Origin: Lytechinus pictus | Taxonomy: Eukaryota | Direction: 5' to 3' | NCBI RefSeq assembly: GCF_037042905.1 | Contig: NC_087251.1 | Location: forward strand, 23,066,001 to 23,130,000 | Length of the DNA: 64,000 bases | Program-made: the position numbers and the translations under genes | Part shown: positions 63,037-64,000 of the stretch, piece by piece | Layout of the letters: the number at the start of each line of letters is the position of its first letter | Numbering within the stretch: the first letter of the stretch is position 1 | The notes under the pieces: model-generated | Told to the model about the DNA's origin: nothing | The model's database searches: none | What the model saw: only the letters and a program-made list of their open reading frames with translations

Positions 63037-64000
63037 GTAATATTGCAGTAGCTGGTCGTGATCACTGACATGTCATACAATTAACCTCAACTCAATTCTA
63101 TTATGTCGCACAGACAAGATAAATTAAGACGGTAATGAAGGATGTTTGATGAAGTATGACCTCAATGAAAAGAAAACCCCTTGATTTGATAGCCCAGCGC
63201 GCGCTCGTACCCGTATTTTCATGGAATCTCTGTATTAAATAACACGACTGTACCAGTTTATGATTTTAGTTGTTTACACAGTTTTCAAATACGTTTATAG
63301 GCCTACTGCTTAATCCAAAGCAGAATACGTATTTGTTTATTGTTAAAGCATGCGATTTAGAGCATCAAAGGAGAATAGCTACGAAGGTTTGCCTATTGAT
63401 TATGATCCGCTATGCCCATGCACATTCTTTATACATCTTAAATATCTATCAACAATCAGAAAGAGGTCATCCATTTAAGTGAGTGATTAAGGCCTAAAGG
63501 TCCCTGGGACATTTTGGTTGAACACCTTGAAAGTAAGATCACTGCGAAGCAATCTATGGAGATGTGTGAATGTCCACTATTATACCTCCGATTTGTACAG
63601 TCAGAAATTGTGCAACCAATGAATTCTTACATTCCATAATACAACCATGGAATGTACATTGAGTTTTTATTGTTATTTCTTCTTTTTGCAGCATAGTTTT
63701 ATAATATGAATTGTGATAGACAATTACGGAACTAACACTATCGTTAATAATTTCCTCTGTTTTTTTCTTCTTCTATACATCGGATCGTTAAACGGGGAAC
63801 ATAATATATACCCCGGAAAGTGACATAAAGTAAATAAAAACCCAGAAAATCAGGCAATGCGTTTGAACTCACAGAAGTAATATCAGTTAAGTGGGAGGAT
63901 AGCTTTGTTGTACTAGATATCGAGGCTCCCGGGAATTAACCCTGGATAGGGGGTGTGTCGTTGAGGTATGGGCCCGTCCATTAATGGGTATGGGCTCAGA

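Overview
AT-rich, intron- and repeat-rich animal genomic DNA. The repeat families suggest a marine invertebrate, probably a sea urchin (inference). The main feature is a + strand gene at 11890-42722 that I assembled by hand from GT-AG exons. Exons 1-5 encode an intact D-aminoacyl-tRNA deacylase (DTD1: SQFTL, GNKPDF, NDGPVT motifs). Exon 5 ends at a phase-0 donor with no stop. It can splice in frame into 13 further exons that all begin in phase 0. Ten of them each carry one copy of a Cys/His finger, C-x2-C-x(9-17)-C-x2-C-x4-H-x2-C-x3-H-x-C, which resembles piggyBac transposase C-terminal cysteine-rich domains and truncated PHD fingers. The extension also has a (QLNSHT)n repeat exon and an acidic tail, giving a predicted protein of about 1483 aa. 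Downstream, three orphan exons (49128-51569) encode a Sin3-PAH1-like domain that also starts in phase 0 and has no evident start exon. The window also holds an LTR-element-derived gag-like 881-aa ORF packed with tandem repeats, candidate first exons of two flanking genes (3241-3379 minus; 62913-63036 plus, behind a CRE/X-box/CCAAT promoter), a 5'-truncated LINE, SINEs, Helentron/HINE-like tandem-repeat elements and many MITEs. All splicing is inferred from sequence; no transcript evidence was available.
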